Source: an uncultured delta proteobacterium
GTDB taxonomy: Bacteria; Desulfobacterota; Binatia; UBA9968
NCBI GenBank assembly: GCA_963767275.1
Contig: CAVYDL010000004.1
Location: forward strand, 96,421 to 160,420
Length of the DNA stretch: 64,000 nucleotides
Direction of reading: 5' to 3'
Shown here: positions 9,895 through 19,269 of the stretch, piece after piece
Numbering within the stretch: the first letter of the stretch is position 1
How the letters are laid out: the number at the start of each line of letters is the position of its first letter
The notes under the pieces: model-generated
The model's input: the letters and a program-made list of their open reading frames with translations, nothing else
Told to the model about the DNA's origin: nothing
Databases searched by the model: none
Position numbers and translations under genes: made by a program

Positions 9895-10174
9895 AGAGCT
9901 CTAGGCGGGTTCCATACGAGGCAAAAAAGCGCCGGGAGTCAATCAAACAATCTTAAATCTTAGGCCGGCCACCAGGACTCGGTGACGAAATCAAGTCGAG
10001 TCGCTTCGCGGTTTTTACTCTTCACCAACAGACTGCTTTCTTTGTGCTGCTGATCTTAGATCCTCCAAGTCCGACTCGCTCTCAGAACTATTGACCAAAT
10101 CGCTAAGGGGGCCGGGTCAAAATTTCGAGTCCCAAGAGCCTATCGCTGTCGATTCGCTTTCACATGTGGGTCTG

Positions 10175-11149
10175 TTACGGCACAAGATTTCTCGGCTCAC
10201 CGCGGTGAAATGATTCAATGTTGGCTTTGACTTCCACCAATAGCCGCTGGCGCGCTTCGCTCGAACTCCATGCGGTGTGCGGTGTCACAATCAAATTAGC
10301 CAATTGCTTGGCCGCGACAACGATCGGGTGATCGCCAGGCGGCGGCTCTTGGCTAATGACATCGAGGGCGGCGCCGGCGATGCGCTTGGCGCGTAACGCT
10401 TGGATCAGCACAGGCTCTTCAACCAGGGCGCCGCGGGCTGTGTTGATTAAAAATGCGCTGGATTTCATCAATGCCAGCGTGTGTGGGTTGATTAAATTTT
10501 TCGTATCAGGCGTCAGCGGGCAGTGCAGCGAGATGAAATCGGCTTGGCGGAACAGTTCCGCCAAAGGCACTCGATCCGCTGCGGGTGTCGGGTCGCCGGG
10601 GCGGGCGCCGACCAAAATTTCCATGCCAAAGCCGCGCGCCATGTGGGCGACGGTTCTGCCAATATTGCCGTAACCAATGATGCCGAGTTTTTTGCCAGAT
10701 AGTTCGATATTCGGAAAAGTCAGGAGCGTGAAGACCGGACTCTTGTGCCATTCGCCGGCTTTGACGGCGGTGGCGTAGCTGCTGGCGCGACTGGCCAGCT
10801 CCAAGATCAACGCCATGGTGAATTGGGCCACCGATTGACCGGCGTAGCCTGGTACGTTGCAAACTTTGACCCCGCGTTTGGCCGCGGCTTTTTTGTCGAT
10901 GATGTCGGTGCCGGTGGCGGCGACGGCGATGAGTTTTAGCTCAGCCGCTTCGGCACAATTCAGAATCGCTGTGTCGAAGGCGACTTTATTGGTGACGGCG
11001 ATGGCGTGGCCCGCGAGGCGGGCGCCGGTTTGCGCCGCGCTCGTGACTTGATGGACCGTACAGTCCCAGGAGTCGGTGAATCCCGCTAGCGGCATGTCGC
11101 CATAGGTGGCGGCGTCGAGAAAGACGATTCGAGTTTGCGGCTTGCTCAT
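10175..11149 (-). CDS. D-isomer-specific 2-hydroxyacid dehydrogenase (glycerate dehydrogenase/hydroxypyruvate reductase-like)
   Basis: 324 aa with the NAD fold GIIGYGNIGRTVA and a catalytic region ...NTARGALV...ALDV...EPP...TPHTAWSS. Confidence 0.85.
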   Translation of the reverse strand: MSKPQTRIVFLDAATYGDMPLAGFTDSWDCTVHQVTSAAQTGARLAGHAIAVTNKVAFDTAILNCAEAAELKLIAVAATGTDIIDKKAAAKRGVKVCNVPGYAGQSVAQFTMALILELASRASSYATAVKAGEWHKSPVFTLLTFPNIELSGKKLGIIGYGNIGRTVAHMARGFGMEILVGARPGDPTPAADRVPLAELFRQADFISLHCPLTPDTKNLINPHTLALMKSSAFLINTARGALVEEPVLIQALRAKRIAGAALDVISQEPPPGDHPIVVAAKQLANLIVTPHTAWSSSEARQRLLVEVKANIESFHRGEPRNLVP

Positions 11150-11973
11150 TTCGCCAACTTCCCTTGCGCTTCGAGTGTTTTTGCTTGATCCCAGTAGTGA
11201 TCCATCTCTTCGAGGGACGATTGAGCAAAATCTTTGTTCGCCTGGCGCAGCTCGGCTTCGATGTGATGAAATCGGCGGGTAAAGCGGTCGATGGTCTGTG
11301 CCAGGACTTCTTCCGATTCGACATCGAGAAAACGCGCAATATTGACCAGGGTGAAAAGCAAGTCGCCAAGCTCCTCGCCGGTGTGGCTCTTGTCACCAGC
11401 GGCCACGGCCTCTTTGAGCTCGCGCATCTCTTCGTCGACCTTGGCCCAGACCTGGTCAATATTGGGCCATTCGAAGCCAAGGCCGGCGGCGCGCCGCGAG
11501 ATCGCTTGCGCTCGTGCCAGGGCCGGCATGGCTTTCGGGACATTGCCAAGCGCAGAGTGGCTTGCGCCAGTTTTTTTATCATTCTGATTTTCTTGGGCTT
11601 TGAGTTGGGCACGCTGTTTGAGCGCAGCCGCCGCATCTTCCGGCAGCGGCTCGCCGGCGAAGACATAGGGATGGCGCCGCACCAATTTATCGGTGAGCAG
11701 CGCGATGACATCCTCAATGGTGAAGCGGTTTTCCTCCCTGGCGATCTGGGCGTGAAAAATTACTTGCAGAAGCACATCGCCGAGCTCCTCTGTGACTTTT
11801 TTCGCATCGCCGTCATCGAGGGCATCGAGTAATTCATAGGTCTCTTCGAGCAGGCAGGGCTTGAGCGAAAGATGGGTCTGATCCCTGTCCCATGGACAGC
11901 CGGCGTCGCTGCGCAGTTGCGCCATGACATTTAGCAGTTCGGTGAATTTTTGTTCGGTCTTGCGATCGCTCAC
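11146..11973 (-). CDS. mazG: Nucleoside triphosphate pyrophosphohydrolase MazG
   Basis: 275 aa with tandem MazG domains (CPWDRDQTHLSLKPCLLEETYELLDALD, EELGDVLLQVIFHAQIA, EELGDLLFTLVNIARF). Its stop overlaps the start of the downstream dehydrogenase (ATGA, 11146-11149). Confidence 0.9.
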   Translation of the reverse strand: MSDRKTEQKFTELLNVMAQLRSDAGCPWDRDQTHLSLKPCLLEETYELLDALDDGDAKKVTEELGDVLLQVIFHAQIAREENRFTIEDVIALLTDKLVRRHPYVFAGEPLPEDAAAALKQRAQLKAQENQNDKKTGASHSALGNVPKAMPALARAQAISRRAAGLGFEWPNIDQVWAKVDEEMRELKEAVAAGDKSHTGEELGDLLFTLVNIARFLDVESEEVLAQTIDRFTRRFHHIEAELRQANKDFAQSSLEEMDHYWDQAKTLEAQGKLAK

Positions 11974-12088
11974 GATGTGACCTCCACGCCGCTTGAGTTG
12001 TCAACTTTCCTTCAAGGCCGGCAGCGTGCTAAATCTTACTGGTCGTTATTATTGAAGTCCAGCAAGTCGATTGTAAGGAGCGTCGTTT

Positions 12089-12937
12089 ATGCCAGTTGCC
12101 AACGTCGATGGGATCGATACCTACTATGAAACTCTTGGTTCGGGCACGCCGATCTTGATGTGCGCGCCGGGCGGCTTCGACGCGACCATCGATAAGTGGC
12201 GGGTGGCGAGCGCTTGGACTGGCATTGATCCGATCCAAGCGTTATCCGCGGAACATACGGTGATTCTCTATGACCGGCGCGAGTGCGGTCAATCGGGCGG
12301 CCGGGTCGAACGGTTGAGCTGGGGGAGTTTTAGCGAGCATGGCAAAGCGCTGCTCGATCATTTGCACATCGATGCGGCGTGGATCATGGGCGGCTGCATG
12401 GGCTGCTCCGTGGCGATGGCGTTTGGCGTGCATTATCCCCAAGCGACCCGCGGTTTGTTGCTGCATTGGCCGGTGGGCGGTTATCGTTGGAAGGTCAATA
12501 GCCAAGCTCGCTTCATGCGCCACTATGCGTTCGCCAAGCAGAATGGCCTCAAGGGCGTGGTCGAGCGCGCCGCCGGCGGCAAAAGTTTTTGGATGGATCC
12601 GGAGGCCGGACCTTGGGCCGGTACGATTGCCCGCGATGCCGGCTTCGCGGAGCGCTTTTTAACGCAGGATTTAGAACGTTACCTGGGTATGATTATCACC
12701 AGCGGCCGCACACTGTTTGACCGCGACACCGCGCCCGGCGCGGAGCCGGAAGAGGCGATGGGGATCAAAGCGCCGTCGTTACTCATCCCCGGCGATGATC
12801 AGTCCCACGCGACCTCCGGCGCGCATTATTTGCGTGAACTCCTGCCCAATGCCGATTTCTGGAATGTCATGCCGCCGCAGCAGACGACCCAGACCGTGGT
12901 CGATCGGATTCTCGAATTCTGCCGCAAGCATGGGTAA
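12089..12937 (+). CDS. Alpha/beta-fold hydrolase
   Basis: 282 aa. The layout (PILMCAPGG..., IMGGCMGCSVA at the nucleophile-elbow position, C-terminal ...GDDQSH) fits the alpha/beta hydrolase fold. No specific subfamily recognised. Confidence 0.7.
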   Translation: MPVANVDGIDTYYETLGSGTPILMCAPGGFDATIDKWRVASAWTGIDPIQALSAEHTVILYDRRECGQSGGRVERLSWGSFSEHGKALLDHLHIDAAWIMGGCMGCSVAMAFGVHYPQATRGLLLHWPVGGYRWKVNSQARFMRHYAFAKQNGLKGVVERAAGGKSFWMDPEAGPWAGTIARDAGFAERFLTQDLERYLGMIITSGRTLFDRDTAPGAEPEEAMGIKAPSLLIPGDDQSHATSGAHYLRELLPNADFWNVMPPQQTTQTVVDRILEFCRKHG

Positions 12938-13034
12938 CTTCGTCCAGTCGGTTCGCTAGAGTGTGGACCGCAGCGGTGAAATTTGATAGACAAAATTTAC
13001 CCTAAACTGCAATCACAAATTTAAGGAGGTCCTG

Positions 13035-13754
13035 ATGGACGTTTCTAATTCTACAGTGCAACTCAATACTTCCGACGGCAAGATGGATGCCTATGTGGCG
13101 CAGCCGAAGGAGGGCGGCAGCTATCCCGGCGTGGTGGTGATTCAAGAGGCTTTCGGCGTCAACGATCATATGAAGAAAGTCACGGATCGGATCGCGGCGG
13201 AAGGCTACGTGGCGATCTGTCCGGATATTTATCATCGTGAGAGCGAGCGGGTGATTCCATTTTCCGATATGGCCAAGGCGATCGCGACCTTGCAGCGGGT
13301 GCAAGATCCCAAGGCGATGGAAGATGTCGGCGCGGCGATCGCCCATTTGAAATCGCAGGGCAATGTTAAAGGCGGTTCCATCGGCGTCGTCGGTTTCTGC
13401 ATGGGCGGCCGGCTAACCTATTTAGCCGCGGCGCATCACGCCAGCGACGTGAAGTGCGCGGTGCCGTACTATGGCGGCGGCATTCCCATGGGCAATCCGA
13501 GCCCGCTGTCGCGCACCGGTGAGATCAAAGCCCCGATGTACTTGTTCTTTGGCGCCAAGGATCAGCTGATCCCGATGGATCAAGTGGGACAAATCAATAC
13601 GGAGTTGACCACCAAGCAGGTGCCTTTCCAGATGAAGATCTATCCTGATGCCGGCCACGGCTTTTTCTGCGACGAGCGTGGCAGTTATAACGAAAAAGCG
13701 GCGACCGACGCGTGGGACAAGACCAAGTCCTTCTTGGCGCAGCATCTGAAATAA
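13035..13754 (+). CDS. Dienelactone hydrolase family protein
   Basis: 239 aa with PGVVVIQEAFGVNDHMK, the nucleophile GVVGFCMGG and a C-terminal YPDAGHGF. Confidence 0.85.
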   Translation: MDVSNSTVQLNTSDGKMDAYVAQPKEGGSYPGVVVIQEAFGVNDHMKKVTDRIAAEGYVAICPDIYHRESERVIPFSDMAKAIATLQRVQDPKAMEDVGAAIAHLKSQGNVKGGSIGVVGFCMGGRLTYLAAAHHASDVKCAVPYYGGGIPMGNPSPLSRTGEIKAPMYLFFGAKDQLIPMDQVGQINTELTTKQVPFQMKIYPDAGHGFFCDERGSYNEKAATDAWDKTKSFLAQHLK

Positions 13755-13776
13755 TTCTTCCTGTCGATACAGTCGT

Positions 13777-13815
13777 GGGAGAGGCGAAGTGAAAACTTTT
13801 CCTCTCCCTTTTTTT
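13777..13815 (+). terminator. Rho-independent terminator after the dienelactone hydrolase gene
   Basis: Stem GGGAGAGG (13777-13784) pairs with CCTCTCCC (13801-13808). It is followed by T7 (13809-13815). Confidence 0.6.
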
Positions 13816-13849
13816 GTTTCTTCGAGTTATTTCAGTTAGATTGACCGTC

Positions 13850-14737
13850 ATGGCAAGCACGAAAAAGTCGCAACAGGTCAAAGTCGCTCTCGTGCAGATG
13901 AGTTGCGCCAAGGATCCCGCGGCCAATCTCGCCAAGGCGGTGCAACGCATCGAAGCCGCGGCTGAAAAAGGCGCGCAGATCGTTTGCCTGCAGGAGCTGT
14001 TTCGCTCGCGCTATTTTTGCCAGAGCGAGGACCAGGGCAATTTCAAGCTCGCGGAAGCTATTCCTGGGCCGAGCACCGAGATTTTGGGCGAGGTCGCCCG
14101 GCGAAAAAAAGTCGTCATCGTCGCCTCGCTTTTCGAGCGGCGCACGGCTGGGATCTACCACAACACCGCCGTGGTGATCGATGCCGACGGCTCGCTCGCC
14201 GGCAAATACCGCAAGATGCATATCCCGGACGATCCGCTCTATTATGAAAAGTTCTATTTCACCCCAGGCGATTTGGGGTTTCCTAGTTTTCAAACGCGTT
14301 ACGCCAAGATCGCAGCGCTGGTCTGCTGGGACCAATGGTTTCCCGAAGGGGCGCGGGCGGCCGCCCTCGCCGGCGCACAGATTCTTTTCTATCCGACGGC
14401 GATTGGTTGGATTCCCAAAGAGCCGCGTGCCGTGGCGCTAAATCAACGCAATGCCTGGGAGCTGATACAACGATCACACGCTGTTGCCAACGGCGTCTTT
14501 GTCGCATCGGCCAATCGAGTCGGAAACGAAGGCAGTATCCGTTTCTGGGGTAATTCATTCGTAGCCGGGCCGTTGGGCGAAATCGTCGCCCATGCCGGCG
14601 AACAGCGCGAAGAAATTCTTTTTGCTAAATGCGATCTCGCTAAGATCGAAGAGACGCGCCAGGCCTGGCCGTTTCTGCGCGACCGGCGCATCGACGCTTA
14701 TGGCGCGCTGCTGAGCCGTTCTCTCGATGGTCAATAA
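13850..14737 (+). CDS. aguB: N-carbamoylputrescine amidase (carbon-nitrogen hydrolase)
   Basis: Nitrilase-superfamily E-K-C signature (VCLQELF, YRKMHIP, ALVCWDQWFPE). It is adjacent to agmatine deiminase. The track ORF starts at 13814; ATG 13850 (MASTKKSQQVKVALVQ) is more likely. Confidence 0.8.
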   Translation: MASTKKSQQVKVALVQMSCAKDPAANLAKAVQRIEAAAEKGAQIVCLQELFRSRYFCQSEDQGNFKLAEAIPGPSTEILGEVARRKKVVIVASLFERRTAGIYHNTAVVIDADGSLAGKYRKMHIPDDPLYYEKFYFTPGDLGFPSFQTRYAKIAALVCWDQWFPEGARAAALAGAQILFYPTAIGWIPKEPRAVALNQRNAWELIQRSHAVANGVFVASANRVGNEGSIRFWGNSFVAGPLGEIVAHAGEQREEILFAKCDLAKIEETRQAWPFLRDRRIDAYGALLSRSLDGQ

Positions 14738-14760
14738 GTCGAGCGAGAAAAGATTATTTC

Positions 14761-15825
14761 GTGGCGCATTCCTTCCCAAGTTCATTTACGCCTGCAGCTC
14801 TCGGCTATGCCATGCCGGCCGAATGGGCGGCGCATCGCGCCACTTGGCTGTCCTGGCCGGAAAATTTAGAAACTTGGCCGACCTCTTTGGAGCAAGTCCG
14901 GGAGATTTGGCTGCGCATGGTGGTGACGCTTGCGCCGCATGAGCATGTCTATCTGCTGGTCAACGATGGCGTGGTCAGGCAGGACGTCGCGGCGCGACTG
15001 AAGGCCGCGCAAGCGGCGCTGGCCAATATCACCCTGCTGGAGGTGCCGACAGTCGATGTCTGGATGCGCGATTACGGACCGACTTTTATAACCCGGAATG
15101 CAGCGGATCGACCCTTGGCCTTCAACGATTGGACGTTCAACGGCTGGGGCGGCAAATACCAGGCCTATGAAGAAGACGAACGGGTCGCGCGCGCGATCGC
15201 CGAGCTTTTACAAGTGCCGGTGTTCGATCACAAGATGATCCTCGAGGGCGGTTCCATTGAAGTCAACGGCGCGGGCACCTGTCTGACCACCGCCCAGTGT
15301 TTGCTCAACCCGAATCGTAACCCCGACTTGAACCGCACGCAGATCGAAGAACGTCTTAAAGCCTCGCTTGGGGTGAGCCATATTCTCTGGCTGGGCGACG
15401 GTATCGTCGGCGACGATACCGACGGTCATATCGACGATATCGCGCGCTTCGTCGATCCGACGACCGTTGCCTGTATTATCGAGGCCAATCCGCGGGACGA
15501 TAATTACCGCTGCTTGCAAGAGAACTACGAGCGCTTGCAGAGCGCGCGCGATCAGGACGGCCGGAAATTGGAGATAATTTCTTTGCCCTGTCCGGCGCCG
15601 CTTTTCTACGACGGCGCGCGCCTGCCGGCGAGTTACGCCAATTTCTACATTGCCAATGAGGTGGTGCTGGTGCCGGTGTTCGACGATGCCAACGACCCAA
15701 AAGCCCTGGGAATATTGCAGGAGTGTTTTCCCAAGCGAAAAATAATCGCGCTGCGCTGCAACGATGTGATCGCCGGCTTGGGCGCGATCCACTGTGTGAC
15801 GCAGCAGGAGCCGTTGGTGCGCTGA
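14761..15825 (+). CDS. aguA: Agmatine deiminase
   Basis: 354 aa with MPAEWAAH near the N-terminus, then GGSIEVNGAGTCLTT, DGHIDD and the C-terminal catalytic GAIHCVTQQEP. Confidence 0.85.
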   Translation: MAHSFPSSFTPAALGYAMPAEWAAHRATWLSWPENLETWPTSLEQVREIWLRMVVTLAPHEHVYLLVNDGVVRQDVAARLKAAQAALANITLLEVPTVDVWMRDYGPTFITRNAADRPLAFNDWTFNGWGGKYQAYEEDERVARAIAELLQVPVFDHKMILEGGSIEVNGAGTCLTTAQCLLNPNRNPDLNRTQIEERLKASLGVSHILWLGDGIVGDDTDGHIDDIARFVDPTTVACIIEANPRDDNYRCLQENYERLQSARDQDGRKLEIISLPCPAPLFYDGARLPASYANFYIANEVVLVPVFDDANDPKALGILQECFPKRKIIALRCNDVIAGLGAIHCVTQQEPLVR

Positions 15826-15895
15826 CGCTTGACCATCGCGTTTTCTTTTCCGGGGCCTTGACTATTTTTCGTGCTCGCCTATCCTGGCCGCTGCT

Positions 15896-16108
15896 ATGGG
15901 TCAGATCATTCAAATCGAGGAGCTGCACCAAGCCCGACGGCGCAAGTCGGAAAAGGTCAGCATGCATCAATGCCTCGAGCTTTTGGAATGGAATTTGAAA
16001 AAGAGCGTCGATGATTATTTCGCGGCGCCACGAGAAGAGCGCTCCATGCGCGCAACCCAAATCCGCAAGCTCAGCGAAATACTCGAGTACGCGCTGAGAC
16101 TGCTCTAG
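15896..16108 (+). CDS. Hypothetical small protein (70 aa)
   Basis: The only sizeable ORF in the spacer upstream of rmuC. No motif recognised. Confidence 0.25.
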   Translation: MGQIIQIEELHQARRRKSEKVSMHQCLELLEWNLKKSVDDYFAAPREERSMRATQIRKLSEILEYALRLL

Positions 16109-16125
16109 CCCCACCACGGTTAGTC

Positions 16126-17254
16126 GTGGATTCTGCCCATTTCTTAGTTTTGCTGGCTATCTGTGTAGCCGGGTTTATCGTGCTTGCCTGGTTCTTTCTC
16201 GGCCGTTTGCGTACGCTACTTCAGGAAAAATCGGCAGATCAGTCGTCTGCTGCTGATGCAGCAGCAGATCGATCAACTGCGCGCCCAGTTGACCGCGACT
16301 CTCGATAACAACTCCCGATCATTGCAACAGCAGCTGGGCCAAATGACCGCTCAGGTCAACGAGCGCCTGAAGGAAAATGCCCAGGTGCTCAACGACACCC
16401 AGCAGAGTCTCGGGGAGCGGCTCGACAACGCGGCGCAGGTCATTGGCGGTGTGCAGAAGAGCTTGGGCGGTCTCGAGGAGGCCAATCGGCGCATCTATGA
16501 AGTCGGCAAGGATATCTCGTCGTTGCAGGAGATTCTGCGTGCGCCCAAGTTGCGCGGCGGCCTCGGCGAATTTTTCCTCGAAGACTTGCTCGGGCAGATT
16601 TTACCGCCGCAACATTTTTCGATTCAGCATGGCTTTCGCAGCGGTGAAAAAGTCGACGCGGTGATCAAGCTGGGCGCTTCTCTGGTTCCGGTGGACGCCA
16701 AGTTCCCCTTGGAAAATTTCAAACGCTTGCTCGAGGCGACGAGCGACGATGAGCGCGGCCGGGCCAAGAGGCAGTTCACGGCCGATGTGCGCAAACATAT
16801 TGACGCCATCGCGGCCAAGTATATTCTTCCCGATGAAGGCACCTACGATTTTGCTCTCATGTATATCCCGGCGGAAAATGTTTACTACGAAACGGTCATC
16901 AAGGACGAAGCCGCAGACGACCGCAATTTGTGCCTGTATGCCATGAATAAACGAGTGATACCGGTGTCACCCAATAGTTTCTACGCCTACTTGCAGGCCA
17001 TCGTCTTGGGTCTCAAAGGCATGCGCATCGAAGACCGAACCAAAGAAATCATTCAGTATTTGGGCCGGCTGCAGGGAGACTTTGCCAAATTTCGCGACGA
17101 TTTCGTCGTTCTCGGCAAGCATATCAACCATGCCCTGTCGAGTTATCAGAGCGCTGACAAGCGGCTCGAACAGTTCGGCCAGAAATTTTTCGCCGCCGAG
17201 TCCATGCCGAGCGAATTGATTGAAGCGGTTCCCGCCGCTGTTAAGGCTGACTAG
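16126..17254 (+). CDS. rmuC: DNA recombination protein RmuC (apparent frameshift near 16230-16245)
   Basis: The N-terminal TM helix (MDSAHFLVLLAICVAGFIVLAWFFLG) is in ORF 16126-16308. The coiled coil and RmuC nuclease core (...VDAKFPLENF..., YIPAENVYYE, VIPVSPNSFYAYLQ) are in ORF 16184-17254. The junction lies at an A5 run. Confidence 0.8.
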
Positions 17255-17262
17255 CGCACGCC

Positions 17263-18705
17263 ATGCATTTGAGCTTATTTTCCCGTCTGACGATCGGCTA
17301 TCTGGCGATTTTTGCGATCGTTGCGGCGGCGAGCGCTTATGCGATTGTCGAGCTCACCGATTTCGGCCACCAGGCCGAGTCGATCCTGCGCGTCGACACT
17401 CGGGTGCTCGACCATGAAAAATTTCTTACCGATCTGTTGCTGACGCAGAGCCGCGCGGAGCAAAAGTTTGTCATTAGCCGGGACGAGGCCTGGTATCTGC
17501 AATTCGTCCGTTCGAAGATCGATTTCGAAGCGCGTGCCGAGAGCGCCGCGGCGGTCGCCGACGTTTTAGCCAAACCAATCTTATTACGGGTCCGCGAAAG
17601 CTATCGGCGTTACGTGGATTTGGTCGACAGCGAGGCGCGCCGGGTGCGCACCAGGAAAGAATATCCGCAGGCGCGGTTTAAGCAGGACAAAGATATCCTG
17701 GTCGATGGCATGTTGGACGAACTGGATCGCTTGCGCACAAATCAGCAACTGACGACCTACGCCAAGGTCAAAGATTTAGCCGCGGCCGCGGCGCACGCGC
17801 GCGATGCTTCGTTGTCGATCACCGCGGGCTGTCTGTTGGCGCTCGTTCTGATGTCGCTGTTGATCACCAAGAGCATTACCCGGCCTCTCACTGCGCTCAA
17901 AGCAAAAATTCAGGAAATTGCCCGCGGCAATTTCGATAATCCCATTCAGGTCAAGTCGCCCCAGGAAATCCGCGAACTGGCGGCGGCGCTCAACTCGATG
18001 AGCCAGCGCTTGAAAGAGCTCGACCACATGAAGGCGGATTTTTTTGCATCCATGTCCCATGAGCTGCGCACGCCTTTGACCTCGATCAAAGAGGGCACCG
18101 GGCTATTGCTCGACGGCATCGGCGGTGCGACTACCGAGAAACAGCAAAAGTTGCTCGGTATTATCACCGAGGAAAGTAACCGCTTGATCAGCCTGGTCAA
18201 TACTTTTCTCGATCTGGCAAAAATGGAAGCCGGCATGATGCGTTACGAGTTTGAGATAAGCCCGATCGAGCCCTTGATCAAACGCGCCGTCGCGGAAATC
18301 ACGCCGTTGTTGGAAGCCAAGCAGATCCATTTCGAAAGCGCACTGGATGAGCCGATGCCGGCACTGCGGCTCGATCCCGAGCGGATGCTGCAAGTGCTGC
18401 GCAACCTGATGGGCAATGCCGTGAAATTCACGCCCAAGGGGGGGCAGGTGTCGGTCGCGGTCAAGCGCCGCGATGGCATCCTGGAAGTTTCTGTGAAAGA
18501 CTCCGGCCCGGGGATCCCAACGGAGAGTCTGGGATCGATCTTCGAAAAATTCAGCCAAGGCAGTCACGCGGGCGCCAGTCATCGTCAAGGCACGGGTCTC
18601 GGTTTGGCGATAGCCAAAAATATTATTTCATCGCACGGTGGAAACATATGGGCGGAAAGTCAATTGGGCAGTGGCAGCAAATTTGTATTTGTCTTGCCGT
18701 GCTGA
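17263..18705 (+). CDS. Sensor histidine kinase (TM-sensor-HAMP-HisKA-HATPase)
   Basis: 480 aa with two TM segments, the H-box SHELRTPLTSI, the N-box LMGNAVKFTP, G1 DSGPGIP and G2 GTGLGLAI. Confidence 0.85.
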   Translation: MHLSLFSRLTIGYLAIFAIVAAASAYAIVELTDFGHQAESILRVDTRVLDHEKFLTDLLLTQSRAEQKFVISRDEAWYLQFVRSKIDFEARAESAAAVADVLAKPILLRVRESYRRYVDLVDSEARRVRTRKEYPQARFKQDKDILVDGMLDELDRLRTNQQLTTYAKVKDLAAAAAHARDASLSITAGCLLALVLMSLLITKSITRPLTALKAKIQEIARGNFDNPIQVKSPQEIRELAAALNSMSQRLKELDHMKADFFASMSHELRTPLTSIKEGTGLLLDGIGGATTEKQQKLLGIITEESNRLISLVNTFLDLAKMEAGMMRYEFEISPIEPLIKRAVAEITPLLEAKQIHFESALDEPMPALRLDPERMLQVLRNLMGNAVKFTPKGGQVSVAVKRRDGILEVSVKDSGPGIPTESLGSIFEKFSQGSHAGASHRQGTGLGLAIAKNIISSHGGNIWAESQLGSGSKFVFVLPC

Positions 18706-19259
18706 TAATGGTTTCGGGCTGCGGTCTGTTTCAGGAATCGTCGAACCGGCGCCGGGAGTTGCGTGAAGCGTTGACCCAAGGGCATCAATTGCTCGCCCGC
18801 GGCGACTACGACGGTTCGCTCAAAGCCTTTCAAAACGTGATCGTTATCGCTAAGGATCAACCGCCGGCGGATGCGGCGATTTTTTATATGGGCGTGGTGC
18901 ACGCGCACCCGCAGAATCCCGGCAAGGACCGGCGGAAGGCTGTCGATTCATTCGACCAGGTGTTGATGCGATATCCGGACAGCCCGTTTGTCGAGCAGGC
19001 GAAGGCCTGGATCAGTGCCCTTAACGAAGTCGACGCAACCAGACAGGAAATTGAGCGAACCAAACTCGAGGTTGAGAAGTCTAAGCAAGAAATTGAAAAT
19101 TCCCGGCTCACCGCCGACCGCTCCAAGCAAGAAGCCGAAAAGTCCCGCGTAGAACTTGAGAGGTCCCGGCAGGAAATCGAAAAAATTAAGCAGGAAATCG
19201 AAAAATCCAAGCAAGTGGACATTCAGATCGAGAAGAAGCGACGCGAGCGGGGCAGATGA
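18648..19259 (+). CDS. Lipoprotein with TPR-like region and eight charged heptad repeats
   Basis: Lipobox LIMVSGC and a TPR-like segment (ARGDYDGSLKAFQNVI...YPDSPFVEQAKAWI). This is followed by QEIERTK/LEVEKSK/QEIENSR/LTADRSK/QEAEKSR/VELERSR/QEIEKIK/QEIEKSK (19044-19211). The gene sits between the kinase and regulator genes. The start is uncertain because it overlaps the kinase 3' end. Confidence 0.6.
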   Translation: MGGKSIGQWQQICICLAVLIMVSGCGLFQESSNRRRELREALTQGHQLLARGDYDGSLKAFQNVIVIAKDQPPADAAIFYMGVVHAHPQNPGKDRRKAVDSFDQVLMRYPDSPFVEQAKAWISALNEVDATRQEIERTKLEVEKSKQEIENSRLTADRSKQEAEKSRVELERSRQEIEKIKQEIEKSKQVDIQIEKKRRERGR

Positions 19260-19269
19260 GGGTTTCGAC

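Noticed and set aside
10986-11717. A 243-aa minus-strand ORF overlapping mazG and the dehydrogenase in another frame
   Set aside because: The MazG frame carries the family motifs. This alternative frame is Arg/Ser/Pro-rich and bridges two real genes.
19044-19211. A 21-nt periodic repeat array that could be mistaken for a CRISPR or VNTR locus
   Set aside because: The period is exactly one heptad inside a continuous ORF, and the units are degenerate at DNA level with no spacers. It is a coding coiled coil. I saw no CRISPR array anywhere in the window.
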